Below the pieces are notes generated by a model, which saw only the letters and a program-made list of their open reading frames with translations, had not been told where the DNA came from and ran no database searches. Position numbers and translations under genes: made by a program. A DNA stretch of 44,127 bases. It comes from Vampirovibrio sp. Lineage in GTDB: Bacteria; Cyanobacteriota; Vampirovibrionia; Vampirovibrionales; Vampirovibrionaceae. Within the stretch, counting starts at the first letter, position 1, and every line of letters begins with the position of its first letter. The stretch lies in contig DAIDMR010000329.1 of the NCBI GenBank assembly GCA_027448865.1, forward strand, positions 1 through 44,127, written 5' to 3'. Positions 19,540 through 29,260 of the stretch are shown here, piece after piece.

Positions 19540-19851
19540 ATGCCAGAAGATTTCCGAAAGCCCAAGCTGACCCATTACCCCCGCATGACTTTACATTGCG
19601 AGTGCGGCAATGAGTTCAACATCAACGTCATCCGCCTGAAAAACGGCGAACCGGTGTTGTGCCACATCTGCGGCGAACTCTTCCCGGAGGAACTGGGCAA
19701 AAAATTTGCCAACGCCCTGCAAGAAATGTTTACCGTGAAATACGAGCTGGAAAAAATCAACAGCGGCTTTGATTTGTCCTTCATTTACAAATCCACTTTC
19801 AAACAGCCACCGGCTCCTTACCCCTTTGAACCCACCGATTTCCCCGAATAA
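19540..19851 (+). CDS. Small hypothetical Zn-ribbon protein
   Basis: CECG...CHICG pair; ATG directly after a consensus promoter. Confidence 0.75.
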   Translation: MPEDFRKPKLTHYPRMTLHCECGNEFNINVIRLKNGEPVLCHICGELFPEELGKKFANALQEMFTVKYELEKINSGFDLSFIYKSTFKQPPAPYPFEPTDFPE

Positions 19852-19966
19852 TCCTTGTTTTTGCACACCCGGTACCCCGTCCTTTCCCTCATAATGACAA
19901 CAAAAACTGGCAACAAAATGGACTGACCGGTTTTAGTGCCGCTACAAACACAAAGGGCTATACAAG

Positions 19967-20440
19967 ATGAGTAGTATTGCCGGACTGGCGCTCTCCAGAA
20001 GTTCAGGCGCCTGGAATCAGCTTCAGCAAAAACTGGGCGACAATTTATCCGCCGAAAGCCTGCAAGGGGTTACCCGTCAGCTGGAAGGGCAGTTTCCGCA
20101 AATGGTGAACGAGGCCTTTCCCAACCGGGATAACAGCCCGCCGGTTGCCAGTCCCCCAACGCCACAACCGGGCATTGCAACCCTCACGTCCACTCTCGCT
20201 TATCCTGGCTATGCTTATCTTGGCTACTATGGGTATGGCAGGCCACTACCGACAAGCCACAACACGCCTGCCATCATGACAAGCTCGGCTCCAGCTCCCG
20301 CGTTGGCTACAGCAGGCGGAGTGCCTAGCCTTGCCCCGGGGCCGATGATGCCCCAGCCGGTGGGATATGTTGCCCCCAGCGGGTATACAGGTCATGCCCC
20401 AGCCCAAACTGGTCCAGCACCTTACCAATGGTATAGTTAA
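19967..20440 (+). CDS. Hypothetical low-complexity (Pro/Gly/Tyr-rich) protein
   Basis: ATG ORF of 157 aa; the last 116 nt overlap ubiX on the opposite strand. Confidence 0.5.
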   Translation: MSSIAGLALSRSSGAWNQLQQKLGDNLSAESLQGVTRQLEGQFPQMVNEAFPNRDNSPPVASPPTPQPGIATLTSTLAYPGYAYLGYYGYGRPLPTSHNTPAIMTSSAPAPALATAGGVPSLAPGPMMPQPVGYVAPSGYTGHAPAQTGPAPYQWYS

Positions 20441-21029
20441 TCTGCCCGTCAATACTGCCAAAGTCCGGCAGGTAGAAGGTCAGCATGGGTGGCAGAATAA
20501 CAGCCCCACACTGGGCCAGCATGCTCAAATTACGCAGATGAATCTGGTTGAAGGGGCTTTCCCGTGGCACCACCACCAGCTTGCGATGCTCTTTCAGGGT
20601 CACATCGGCGGCCCGAGCCACCAGCGTGTCGGTAATCCCGTTGGCGATGCGACCCAAAGTGCCCATGGAGCAAGGAATAACCACCATGCCCTGCGTCATG
20701 TGCGTGCCGCTGGAGGGTGCCGCATCCAGCCGGTTGTTTTCAAACACGTCCAGCAAATCCACCATGGATTCAGGTAGATTGAGATGGTCTAGCACCCGCA
20801 GGGCCTTGTTTTGCCCGCCCATTTTCAGGCCGGTTTCCTCAAAAATGACCTGATAGGACTTTTCGGTAATGACCAGCTGTACCCTCTGACCCAGTTTCAG
20901 CAGCTCTTCAATCAGGCGGAAGCCCAGAATACTGCCAGACGCTCCGGTAATCCCCACCACGATGGGTGGTTTTTTAGTGGGCTTGAGTTCTGGTCTGGAC
21001 GGGGAAGGTTCATTAACCGCGGGTGACAT
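20325..21029 (-). CDS. ubiX: Flavin prenyltransferase UbiX
   Basis: VVGITGASG, SSG, PCSMGTL, RAADVTLKE.RKLVVVPRESP..IHLRN. Confidence 0.96.
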   Translation of the reverse strand: MSPAVNEPSPSRPELKPTKKPPIVVGITGASGSILGFRLIEELLKLGQRVQLVITEKSYQVIFEETGLKMGGQNKALRVLDHLNLPESMVDLLDVFENNRLDAAPSSGTHMTQGMVVIPCSMGTLGRIANGITDTLVARAADVTLKEHRKLVVVPRESPFNQIHLRNLSMLAQCGAVILPPMLTFYLPDFGSIDGQINYTIGKVLDQFGLGHDLYTRWGQHIPPAGASSAPGQG

Positions 21030-21220
21030 GGCGAGGCTCTCCGGTTGGTAAGCGCATGGCTATTGTATCCAAACGAACCCGTTTTTAATATGAGAAAACA
21101 GGCCAGCCAGCGCTTCAACTGTCCATTCTGTAAACCGGAAAGTCACTGACAATTGTGCTTCCTGTTTGGGTTTGTTTCAATCAATTTAATGTGATTTGCT
21201 GCAATCCAAAGGGTTTCATA

Positions 21221-22273
21221 ATGCTGCCTGCTCCACTACCACGGCTGAATCCACAATGGCTAAATCCGCAATGGCCGAATCCACTATTATCCTATCCCTA
21301 TCCGCCAGCCCCGTACCCACCAGCCTCGACCGGCTCACTGCCTACCGCCGCAGGCCCCAGGGGCGTCGTTGCTGTCCCGCAGCATCCGGCCACACCGTCA
21401 CCGGCCTCAGGCTATTTCCGGTTGCCCACACAGCCCACTCCGTCCATATCCACATCCATAATCCCACCCAAGCCGAATCCTTCACAAACGCCTTTAGGGG
21501 ATCAAACGCTAAAAGGGAGACACGGGGTAGGCATTGGGGTCAAAAACGGTTTATTGTTCAGCCTAATCGCCGCTTTGCCCATTTGGGGCGTGGAGTCCTA
21601 CTCCAACAAAGCCTCACTTAAAAAAACGGGAAGATTTAAAGGTAATTTCATTCAGGATTTGGTGGCCACTCAGGAGGCAGTTTTGCGGCCCAACAACATG
21701 AGGTGGACCAAGGCCCTGCTAAAGCCCCTTCCCACCTTTTTAACCAGCGTGACGGGCACCGCCTTAATCGGCATTTCCGCAGGCATGGCTCTGGGCCCCT
21801 GGTTCGTGGGTCACGCTGCCAGCCGGTTTGAAGAAGTCAAAAAAGCAAAAGAAGAAGCCCGGCAAGGGCTTTTTCAACCCAAACCGCCCACCCTGCGGCA
21901 ACGGTTGAAACTGGCCAAGCCACCCATCACCAATCCCCATCAGGCTTATCAAGAGTTACTGGACAAGGAGCTAAACAGCCAACAGGCCTTTAAAGAAGGC
22001 GCCACCGCCGTTTTGATCTTAAAAATGCTCCCCGCCCTGGCCCCTATGGCCATGGTGCTGGCCCTGTGTGGCATTCGAAACCGGCAACTGGGCAAGAAAG
22101 TCCCTTCAGAAATCTGGCAGGCCCTGGATCAGTTTAAGTTGATCGACAACTTAAAACTGTTGATACAACCCGTGTTTCTGGTCAAAACAGCGGCCTTGCC
22201 CATCATGGGCGGTTTTATCGCCCAGCAAACCGTCCCCTGGATCAGGCAACAACTTGGCATTGACCCACCCTAG
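21221..22273 (+). CDS. Hypothetical membrane protein with Pro-rich N-terminus
   Basis: About four hydrophobic segments after a disordered N-terminus. Confidence 0.65.
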   Translation: MLPAPLPRLNPQWLNPQWPNPLLSYPYPPAPYPPASTGSLPTAAGPRGVVAVPQHPATPSPASGYFRLPTQPTPSISTSIIPPKPNPSQTPLGDQTLKGRHGVGIGVKNGLLFSLIAALPIWGVESYSNKASLKKTGRFKGNFIQDLVATQEAVLRPNNMRWTKALLKPLPTFLTSVTGTALIGISAGMALGPWFVGHAASRFEEVKKAKEEARQGLFQPKPPTLRQRLKLAKPPITNPHQAYQELLDKELNSQQAFKEGATAVLILKMLPALAPMAMVLALCGIRNRQLGKKVPSEIWQALDQFKLIDNLKLLIQPVFLVKTAALPIMGGFIAQQTVPWIRQQLGIDPP

Positions 22274-22284
22274 GAGAGCAGCTA

Positions 22285-22677
22285 TCAGGCCCAGGCCTGT
22301 TTCTGGATCATGATGCAGGCGTCATGCACCACTTCCATGCCGCCATCTTTGGCTTTTTGAACCGCCTCATCGGATTCTGAACCGGGCTGGAACCAGATGC
22401 GTTTAATGCCCGCTGCCAGACAGTCCTCCACCACCTTGAGGGAAGCGGCAGGCGGCACCACCAAATCCACCACATCGGGGATTTCCGGCAAATCCTTCAC
22501 GGAAGCGTAGCAAGGATCGCCTTCCACGGTTTGCAGCTTGGGATGCACGGCAAACACGGTGTAGCCAGCGTCCCGCATATCGCGGTAAATCTTGTTGCCA
22601 TATTTGGCCCGATCTTCGGAAACCCCCACCACGGCCCATTTACGGTACTTGGGAAACTCAGCGATATAGTTGGACAT
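22285..22677 (-). CDS. CoA-binding protein (YccU-like)
   Basis: WAVVGVS...YG; VDLVVPP; IWFQPG; ACIM. Confidence 0.9.
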   Translation of the reverse strand: MSNYIAEFPKYRKWAVVGVSEDRAKYGNKIYRDMRDAGYTVFAVHPKLQTVEGDPCYASVKDLPEIPDVVDLVVPPAASLKVVEDCLAAGIKRIWFQPGSESDEAVQKAKDGGMEVVHDACIMIQKQAWA

Positions 22678-22770
22678 AGCAGGCGCTCCTTTTCATCGGC
22701 CAGTCATACGGCTCTCTGGATTGGCATCATTATATCTGGCGGGTGCCCCGCCGAACAGGCATTGGCCGGG

Positions 22771-23238
22771 TCAAAAAACCAGACGCATGCGGTAATGGGG
22801 AATGCCTGCCTCCATAAACTCAAAGCCCTCTTTCACAAAACCCAGACGCTCATAGAAAGGCACGGCCCGGTTCTGGGCGTCCAAAATGGCCTGCTGAAAG
22901 CCCTCTGTCTTGGCATAAGACAGCATCTCACGCATTAGTTTTTCGCCGATGCCTTGCCCCCGACAAGCCTGACTGACAGCCACCCGTCCAATTTTAGCCA
23001 CCGGACGGGCCTGACAAGCCTCCTGATAAGAAAGTATCCGGGCCGTAGCCACGGGCTGCCCGGATTCTGCCTGGAATAACAACCAATGCACGGCCTCCGC
23101 ATCCAATTCATTCCACTCCAACTCCGGCGGAATCCCCTGCTCTTCTATAAATACCGAATTCCTGAGGGCTTGAGCCTTGGCAAAGCTCTCCGGAGAGTCC
23201 TCCGGGCGAAATTGCAGCGTTCGTAAATCTGGACTCAT
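22771..23238 (-). CDS. GNAT acetyltransferase (ElaA/YjcF-like)
   Basis: LRNSVFIEEQG; KIGRVAV..RGQGIG; AQ..AVPFYERLGF..EAGIPH. Confidence 0.9.
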   Translation of the reverse strand: MSPDLRTLQFRPEDSPESFAKAQALRNSVFIEEQGIPPELEWNELDAEAVHWLLFQAESGQPVATARILSYQEACQARPVAKIGRVAVSQACRGQGIGEKLMREMLSYAKTEGFQQAILDAQNRAVPFYERLGFVKEGFEFMEAGIPHYRMRLVF

Positions 23239-23556
23239 GCTCAAACCACCTTTCATTCAAGGATATCTGACAAGGATCTCTGGGGTGCCGAATTTCCGGC
23301 GATTCTCTGCCATCCGGCGAAACACGCCAACTCAAACGTGGCTTCAACCCAAGGGGCCTGGCGTATTCCCGGGATTTAATATCCCCAGCGTTTAAATTGG
23401 TCTATGATCTTATAATACAAAAGAGGATTCATGGCCCGCCCTTATCCTGGCCCAGGAATCCTCCCTGAACCATAAAACTGGAAGCCTAAAACGGCCCCAC
23501 GCCCATCCCGTCAGGCAGTGGCCCCCTTCCGAAAAGACTTTTGCAGGCGGAGTTCC

Positions 23557-24645
23557 ATGTCCATTCCACAGTACATTTTGAAACGACTGCTGGCAGCCAT
23601 TCCCACCCTGCTGATCATCTCCATGATCGCCTTTTTCATGATGCGCTACGACTTTACCGTTGGGCCCATCAACATTCCCACCCCCGGTGGACAATGGCAT
23701 CTCCTGGACGCCGTGCGCATCAAGAACCCCATTAACCCGCTGGCCGGAATCGAGACCAACCCGCAAATTTCGGAAGCGGCCAAAGCCCAGCAACGGCACA
23801 TGATGGGACTGGATCAGCCCATGTACATCCAGTACTGGCGTTGGCTGACCAATTTTTTCTCATTTCACCCGGAAGCACTGAAAAGCGGAAATCTGGCCGG
23901 ATTTTTCACCCCCAGCCTGGGCAAAACCTTTGCCAATGAAGACGTTCTGGAGCTATTGGTTCAACGGGGCTGGAATACCGTGCAACTCAATCTGGTGGTC
24001 TTCTTCTTCTCCTGGCTGGTGGCCCTGCCCCTGGGCATTTTTGCCGCCCTACACTGGCGCTCTTACACCGATCGGGCCATGACCGTGCTGGCCTCGGTGG
24101 GCATGTCTTTTCCCGGTTTTTTACTGGCCTTGCTGATGGCTGTCTTCGCCGTAAAAACCGGCTGGTTTCCCCTGGGCGGCATTCAAAGCGAGAATTACCC
24201 CAGCATGAACGTTCTGGAAAAATTCTGGGATCGGGCCCTGCACCTGGCCCTGCCTGCCACGGTGCTGATTGTGGGCTCTCTCTCCAGCATTCAGCGGCAA
24301 ATGCGGGGGAACCTGCTGGATGTACTGGCCGCCGAATATGTGCGTACGGCCCGGGCCAAAGGCCTGCCGGAGCATGTGGTCATCTACAAACACGCCGTGC
24401 GTACCGCCCTCAACCCGCTAATCACCATGCTGGGCTATGAGTTCTCATCCCTACTGGGCGGGGCCATCCTCATTGAAACCGTGCTGGGCTTTCCGGGTCT
24501 GGGACAACTGGCCTACAAGGCGGTGCTGGAAACCGATACCAATCTGGTCATGTCCACCATCATCCTGTCCGCTGTCATGCTGGTGCTGGGCAACCTGATG
24601 GCCGATATTCTGTTGAAGTTTGCCGACCCCCGGATTGAACTGTAA
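23557..24645 (+). CDS. Peptide/nickel ABC transporter permease (DppB/OppB-like)
   Basis: YILKRLL..IPTL; GLDQP..QY; EAA loop YVRTARAKGL..HAVR; DPRI end. Confidence 0.93.
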   Translation: MSIPQYILKRLLAAIPTLLIISMIAFFMMRYDFTVGPINIPTPGGQWHLLDAVRIKNPINPLAGIETNPQISEAAKAQQRHMMGLDQPMYIQYWRWLTNFFSFHPEALKSGNLAGFFTPSLGKTFANEDVLELLVQRGWNTVQLNLVVFFFSWLVALPLGIFAALHWRSYTDRAMTVLASVGMSFPGFLLALLMAVFAVKTGWFPLGGIQSENYPSMNVLEKFWDRALHLALPATVLIVGSLSSIQRQMRGNLLDVLAAEYVRTARAKGLPEHVVIYKHAVRTALNPLITMLGYEFSSLLGGAILIETVLGFPGLGQLAYKAVLETDTNLVMSTIILSAVMLVLGNLMADILLKFADPRIEL

Positions 24646-24658
24646 GGAAGGCCCGGCC

Positions 24659-25768
24659 ATGCTGAACAAACAGCCCAACACCCCCGAACTGAATTTAATC
24701 CGCCAGATGTACCAGCGGCTGTACCGGGATCGGGTGGCCTTTGTCTCCCTGCTGGTGCTGGTTGGCCTCTATCTGATGGTGGCGCTGGCCGATTTCTTGG
24801 CCCCTTACAGCGAATCGCATTTTGATCGCAGTCTGGCCAAAGCCCCGCCCACCCCGGTCTATATGCTGGATGAAACCGGCGGGCTGACCTGGCCGTATGT
24901 GTTCCGCTACGAAAAACGCTATAACCCGGCCACCTTTACCCAGGAATTTACCCCAATCCTAAGCGAGAAATACCCCATTCGCCTGTTTCCAACGGCGGAA
25001 CCCTACCGCCTGTTCGGGCTGATTCCCGGTACGATTCGCCTGTTCGGGGTGGACGCCCCTGCCCAGATTTCCCTGCTGGGTAACGACATCAACGGACGAG
25101 ACGTATTTTCCCGCATGCTGTATGGCGGGCAAATTTCGCTGACCATCGGCTTCCTCAGTTTGTTTGTGGTGTTTCCCATCGGCATGATTTACGGCGGGCT
25201 GGCCGGTTACTTTGGCGGCAAGGTGGATGATTTAATGATGCGCATTGCCGAAATTGTGATGTCCATTCCCAGTTTTTTCCTGCTGATTGGTTTGGCGGCC
25301 ATTTTGCCGCCCGGCCTGCCCAGTACCCAGCGTTTTGCCCTGGTGGTGCTGATTTTGGCCTTTATCGGCTGGGCGGGGCTCAGTCGGGTTATACGGGGCA
25401 TGGTGCTGTCTATCAAGAACGAAGAGTTTATCGAATCCAGCCGGGCCATTGGCATGAATCCCTTTACCATTATTGTGCGGCATATCTTGCCCCAAACCAC
25501 CAGTTACCTGATGGTGGCCCTAACCCTCAGCGTGCCCGGCTACATTTTGGCGGAATCAGGCCTCAGCTTTTTGGGGCTGGGCATTCAGCAACCGGACGCC
25601 AGTTGGGGCAACATGCTGAAAGAGGCCCAGGATATCAGCAACATTATTGAACGCCCCTGGATGTTGATGCCCGGTTTCCTGATTTTTCTGGCGGTACTGG
25701 CCTTTAACGTGGTGGGCGACGCCGTGCGGGATATTCTGGACCCCAAGTCCCGCCTGGCTCGCAAGTAA
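24659..25768 (+). CDS. Peptide/nickel ABC transporter permease (DppC/OppC-like)
   Basis: LGNDINGRDVFSR; EFIESSRAIG; ESGLSFLGLG..SWG; GDAVRDILDP. Confidence 0.93.
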   Translation: MLNKQPNTPELNLIRQMYQRLYRDRVAFVSLLVLVGLYLMVALADFLAPYSESHFDRSLAKAPPTPVYMLDETGGLTWPYVFRYEKRYNPATFTQEFTPILSEKYPIRLFPTAEPYRLFGLIPGTIRLFGVDAPAQISLLGNDINGRDVFSRMLYGGQISLTIGFLSLFVVFPIGMIYGGLAGYFGGKVDDLMMRIAEIVMSIPSFFLLIGLAAILPPGLPSTQRFALVVLILAFIGWAGLSRVIRGMVLSIKNEEFIESSRAIGMNPFTIIVRHILPQTTSYLMVALTLSVPGYILAESGLSFLGLGIQQPDASWGNMLKEAQDISNIIERPWMLMPGFLIFLAVLAFNVVGDAVRDILDPKSRLARK

Positions 25769-26064
25769 CTTACTTGAAAAAAACAGCCCTCAATAAAAAT
25801 AGGCCCAAAAAATGAGAAAGGGGCAGAACAATGTCTGGCCCCTGGGGAAAAATTCCCCTCACTTTCCTATTGTACCTCGGAAGCTCAGCTTGGTGTAATC
25901 CTCCAGCTTCCTGATAAGCCCCTCACCCATGAAATCCACTGGAATTGCCAGCGTTCGTTTTTCAATTTCTAACTGCGCTCTCTGTATCCAATCTCCTTGC
26001 ACATTCACTGCAAACAATCGGGCACTGCAAACAACTGCGGCACACCGGTGCCAACGCCCGCCCG

Positions 26065-27348
26065 TTAAGGACGATACCGGGCATAGGGGTATGCCCTCTC
26101 CGTCTGGACGTTCGGCGAACCGTTGGCCTGATTCAACGGCGGGGTCAGCGGGGGGGTAACCTGTCCGGTAAATTTGGCGGTGGAGGCATTGTCTGAAGCG
26201 GTTTCATGATTGCGGTAACCAATGCCGGTGCGGTAACCCGAAAAGGCAAAAAACAGGGGGATAAAGGGCTCCATAATTTCCATTCCGGCCAAGGCCAAGG
26301 CCGTGGGCAAATCGTCCACGTGCAAAATGGCGTCCGCAAATTCAATGCGCCGCTTTTCAGGGGCGTTCTGCGGCTGGGGAACTTTGCCCTGCATTTTATC
26401 AAAGAAGGGATTGACCACTTTGGTGCCCAACTGGTTGGCGATTTTTCCGCCTCCCAGAATGCCCAGACTCAGGCCGGCGCCAATAATGCCAAACTTGCCC
26501 ACTTTAGCCCCGGAAGTCCCCAGCTTTTGCAAAGCGCCCTGTACCTGGGGTAATTCCACAGCCACCAGCCCCGCCGAAGCCCCCACCGCGCACAGGGCGA
26601 TATTGGCCACAAACTGGAAAATCCCCTCTTTGCACATGTTCACATTGGCATCGGGATCTTGCACATGGTTGATTTTATTGGCCAACGCGCCACCCAACCC
26701 GCCACTGATGACCGAGGCCAGACCCACGCTGAAGAAGTCGCGCATTTTCCACAGCTCGCCTTCCTTCACCGAAATGTCGCCTTTTTGCTCCACCTTGGTC
26801 AGCTTTTGCCAAATGGCTTTAGAGAGTTGCTTAAAGTCTTTACCCTCCAAAACTTCGTTATCCCCAATGGGCAACAGTTCATCCAGATCCGCTTCAACCT
26901 TGGCTTTATCCAGGGCTTTATTCAGCTTCGGGGTATCCCGCATACCCTGAATCAAATCCTTGAATTCCCGCACGCTCAACTGCTGGCGTTGTTCAAAGGG
27001 CTGGGCCTTCAGGAGTTGCTGAATGACCGGGTATTGATCCTTCAACTTCACCAGCTTTTCGCCCAGCTCTTTCATTTCATACTGGATCAGCTTCCGGCTG
27101 GGAGGCTTCATCAATACAGCGGCGGCAGCCAGGGTACCCGCCGTGGTGGCCCCCAGCACAATGCCATCCCGAATCAGCACTTTTTTTCGATCCTGCGGTA
27201 TGGCCTTCCAGGCATCGTAGCCCATTAAGGCCCCCAAACCCACCACGCCCGCAGCGCCAGCCACCTTGGTGGAGGAGCGAACCACATTGGGCTGATCCAG
27301 ATAATGCCCAAGGGCTCTCAGGTTTACTTTCGCACTGCTCAAATCCAT
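26065..27348 (-). CDS. Uncharacterised multi-pass membrane protein (putatively Fur-regulated)
   Basis: ATG 27348; about six Gly/Ala-rich hydrophobic segments; soluble Lys/Glu-rich insert. Confidence 0.8.
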   Translation of the reverse strand: MDLSSAKVNLRALGHYLDQPNVVRSSTKVAGAAGVVGLGALMGYDAWKAIPQDRKKVLIRDGIVLGATTAGTLAAAAVLMKPPSRKLIQYEMKELGEKLVKLKDQYPVIQQLLKAQPFEQRQQLSVREFKDLIQGMRDTPKLNKALDKAKVEADLDELLPIGDNEVLEGKDFKQLSKAIWQKLTKVEQKGDISVKEGELWKMRDFFSVGLASVISGGLGGALANKINHVQDPDANVNMCKEGIFQFVANIALCAVGASAGLVAVELPQVQGALQKLGTSGAKVGKFGIIGAGLSLGILGGGKIANQLGTKVVNPFFDKMQGKVPQPQNAPEKRRIEFADAILHVDDLPTALALAGMEIMEPFIPLFFAFSGYRTGIGYRNHETASDNASTAKFTGQVTPPLTPPLNQANGSPNVQTERAYPYARYRP

Positions 27349-27449
27349 GCCGATGCACTCCTGGAAAGGCCCCGACTGATGTTGAAACAGGGCCGCTGAC
27401 TTGCAATAACTGATCTGACGATTCGGTTGATATAGGAAACCCAATTGGC

Positions 27450-27523
27450 TGAGAATAATTCTCAACAGTCAAATTAAATGATAAAGATTCTCACTTGTAA
27501 AGTACTAATGAGAGTAATTCTCA
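27450..27523. promoter_or_regulatory. Three 7-1-7 Fur-type operator boxes overlapping a minus-strand promoter
   Basis: TGAGAAT-A-ATTCTCA (27450-27464), TGATAAA-G-ATTCTCA (27479-27493), TGAGAGT-A-ATTCTCA (27509-27523). Confidence 0.75.
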
Positions 27524-27830
27524 AAAAAGTTCTTGCCCCTGCTTCCCTTTTACCTTAAAAAGAAAACATCGAATTCAGGTCGGATTGTTTTTTTGTTTTT
27601 GACAGCGTTCAACAAGTGGGTGCCGATGCCAACGATTACCAAATGGTTCTGGAATGCCATCGCAGTCATTTCATAATGATTTCACAATAATGTTGCAATG
27701 ATTTTTTTGGGGGGATTGGCCCGGAGTGTAATGGATCTCCAGCCAGCGGCCAGGACGGGTTAGTAAGACGCTGGTTACGACCAGAGAGCGAACAATTTGC
27801 ATTTACCAATGGAAGGAGTCGATTCACATT

Positions 27831-28607
27831 ATGATGACGCGCACGCTGATCCCTCAGGCTGTAGCCAGCCCCCATTTCCCCTGGCGGCACTCACAGAATA
27901 ATGACGGCGCCTCCCGTAAAAAAGCCGACAATATCCCGCCACTGGTTCGCCCCCATCATCCCACCCGCCCGGTTCCCCCACAGGAGAAGCGCGTGACCAC
28001 CCAGCGCGTTTTTGAAACTCTGAGTCATGAGAGTGAGCGAGCCAATGGCAACCCCTATGGCCTGAAAAACTACACACTGAAATATGTGCTGTACCACCCG
28101 CCCACCCAAACTTACTTCAAAGTGGATCGCGGCCAATATCCGCAAGTGGTCACCGCCGAACAGGCGAAGCTGATCTTTGAGAACAAGCTGCAGAAAAACC
28201 CGCATGCGGGTCGTTTGAGCTTTGTGGATGGCTTTCATCAAATCAAACTGTCAGCCGCTCCGTTGCAAGACAAGGAAGGCAGAGTGCTGGTGCGACTGAG
28301 GGGTCCCATTCTCTGGCCTTTGCCCTCTGAAAAAAGCAGTGCCGAAGCGGTGTCCCCGGCAGACCCCGAAAGCGCCAACACAGCTCCCGCCAAACAGCAC
28401 GGCAGGGCCTACCGTCCCTGGCAACTGGCCATACGCCGCTTTCAGTCGGAGCAGGAAAGGGCCAAAGCCAACCAGTCGCCAGAAATGGACATTGTGGTGG
28501 AATTTACCAGCTTGCTGCCCGATGGCTACACCGAGGAACTGGAGGTGTTTCCCACCGAGGATTTACCAAAACTCTGGAGCCAACAGCGGTTGGATCTGGA
28601 AGCCTGA
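27831..28607 (+). CDS. Hypothetical protein
   Basis: 258-aa ORF with an AAGGAG upstream. Confidence 0.7.
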   Translation: MMTRTLIPQAVASPHFPWRHSQNNDGASRKKADNIPPLVRPHHPTRPVPPQEKRVTTQRVFETLSHESERANGNPYGLKNYTLKYVLYHPPTQTYFKVDRGQYPQVVTAEQAKLIFENKLQKNPHAGRLSFVDGFHQIKLSAAPLQDKEGRVLVRLRGPILWPLPSEKSSAEAVSPADPESANTAPAKQHGRAYRPWQLAIRRFQSEQERAKANQSPEMDIVVEFTSLLPDGYTEELEVFPTEDLPKLWSQQRLDLEA

Positions 28608-28730
28608 GCCTCCCAGTCTGGCAACCGGCTACGTAAACATGGGCTTATCGCACACCGAAAAAGGGCACCTGAACAAAACCAGCAGGAAAAACCAGAAGAG
28701 AAAATCCCGAAACGATGGCTACAGGTCAGC

Positions 28731-28775
<45 letters not shown>

Positions 28776-28777
28776 GA

Positions 28778-29188
28778 ATGAAACTGAGTACAAGCCCAAT
28801 CGCCATGGGTTCTCCCTCCGGGCCACCGGCCATCCCCGGAGCGCCCACCCCTGGGAAGTCCCGCTACGGCCCGACACACACTGCCGCAAGCAGTGTAAAA
28901 ACGCATTGGGAGCGCCTGAGAAACAGCCACCTCATCGTGGATCGTAAAACAGGGGACTGTTTCAGCCTGAACAGAGAGCAGGTACAAAAAGCAGGCCCGC
29001 TGCCCGGCAAATGGATTCCCCTACCCAAAGCACAGGCCGATGAGCCCACCGTGGAGTACCTCAGCCCGCTCAAACGCTTTAGGCTGCCCGCCCGGAAGAT
29101 AGGGCCCGTTTCCGCCAAAGACCCCGTTCAGCTGAGCGTTTCTCTGGATGAAAACGACGAAAACGGGCGGTTTCAGGTCATCTTCTAG
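28778..29188 (+). CDS. Hypothetical protein (alternative in-frame start at 28715 across the GA tract)
   Basis: ATG 5 nt after the GA tract; weak similarity to the upstream ORF. Confidence 0.6.
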   Translation: MKLSTSPIAMGSPSGPPAIPGAPTPGKSRYGPTHTAASSVKTHWERLRNSHLIVDRKTGDCFSLNREQVQKAGPLPGKWIPLPKAQADEPTVEYLSPLKRFRLPARKIGPVSAKDPVQLSVSLDENDENGRFQVIF

Positions 29189-29260
29189 CGCCTTGAGCCC
29201 GGGGCCGGTCTGGGTTAATTTGGAGACACCCAAGCACCCAACCTCGGAAAGTCCCCGCTT

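Noticed and set aside
23557-25768. dppBC-like permeases without binding protein or ATPase; trpG/pabA (29261) without its partner
   Set aside because: Split operons are common in the cyanobacterial lineage; partners are probably elsewhere
25859-26008. 49-codon minus-strand ORF (MNVQGDWIQRAQLE...) after the Fur-box gene
   Set aside because: GTG start without a convincing SD and no recognisable homology
26303-27228. Long antisense ORFs here and at 642-1166, 33559-34098, 35478-36134, 36797-37411 and 38395-39018
   Set aside because: Shadow frames of well-supported genes in moderately GC-rich DNA
27670-27702. ATAATG-rich Fur-like sequence before ORF 27831
   Set aside because: Poor palindrome compared with the three clear boxes
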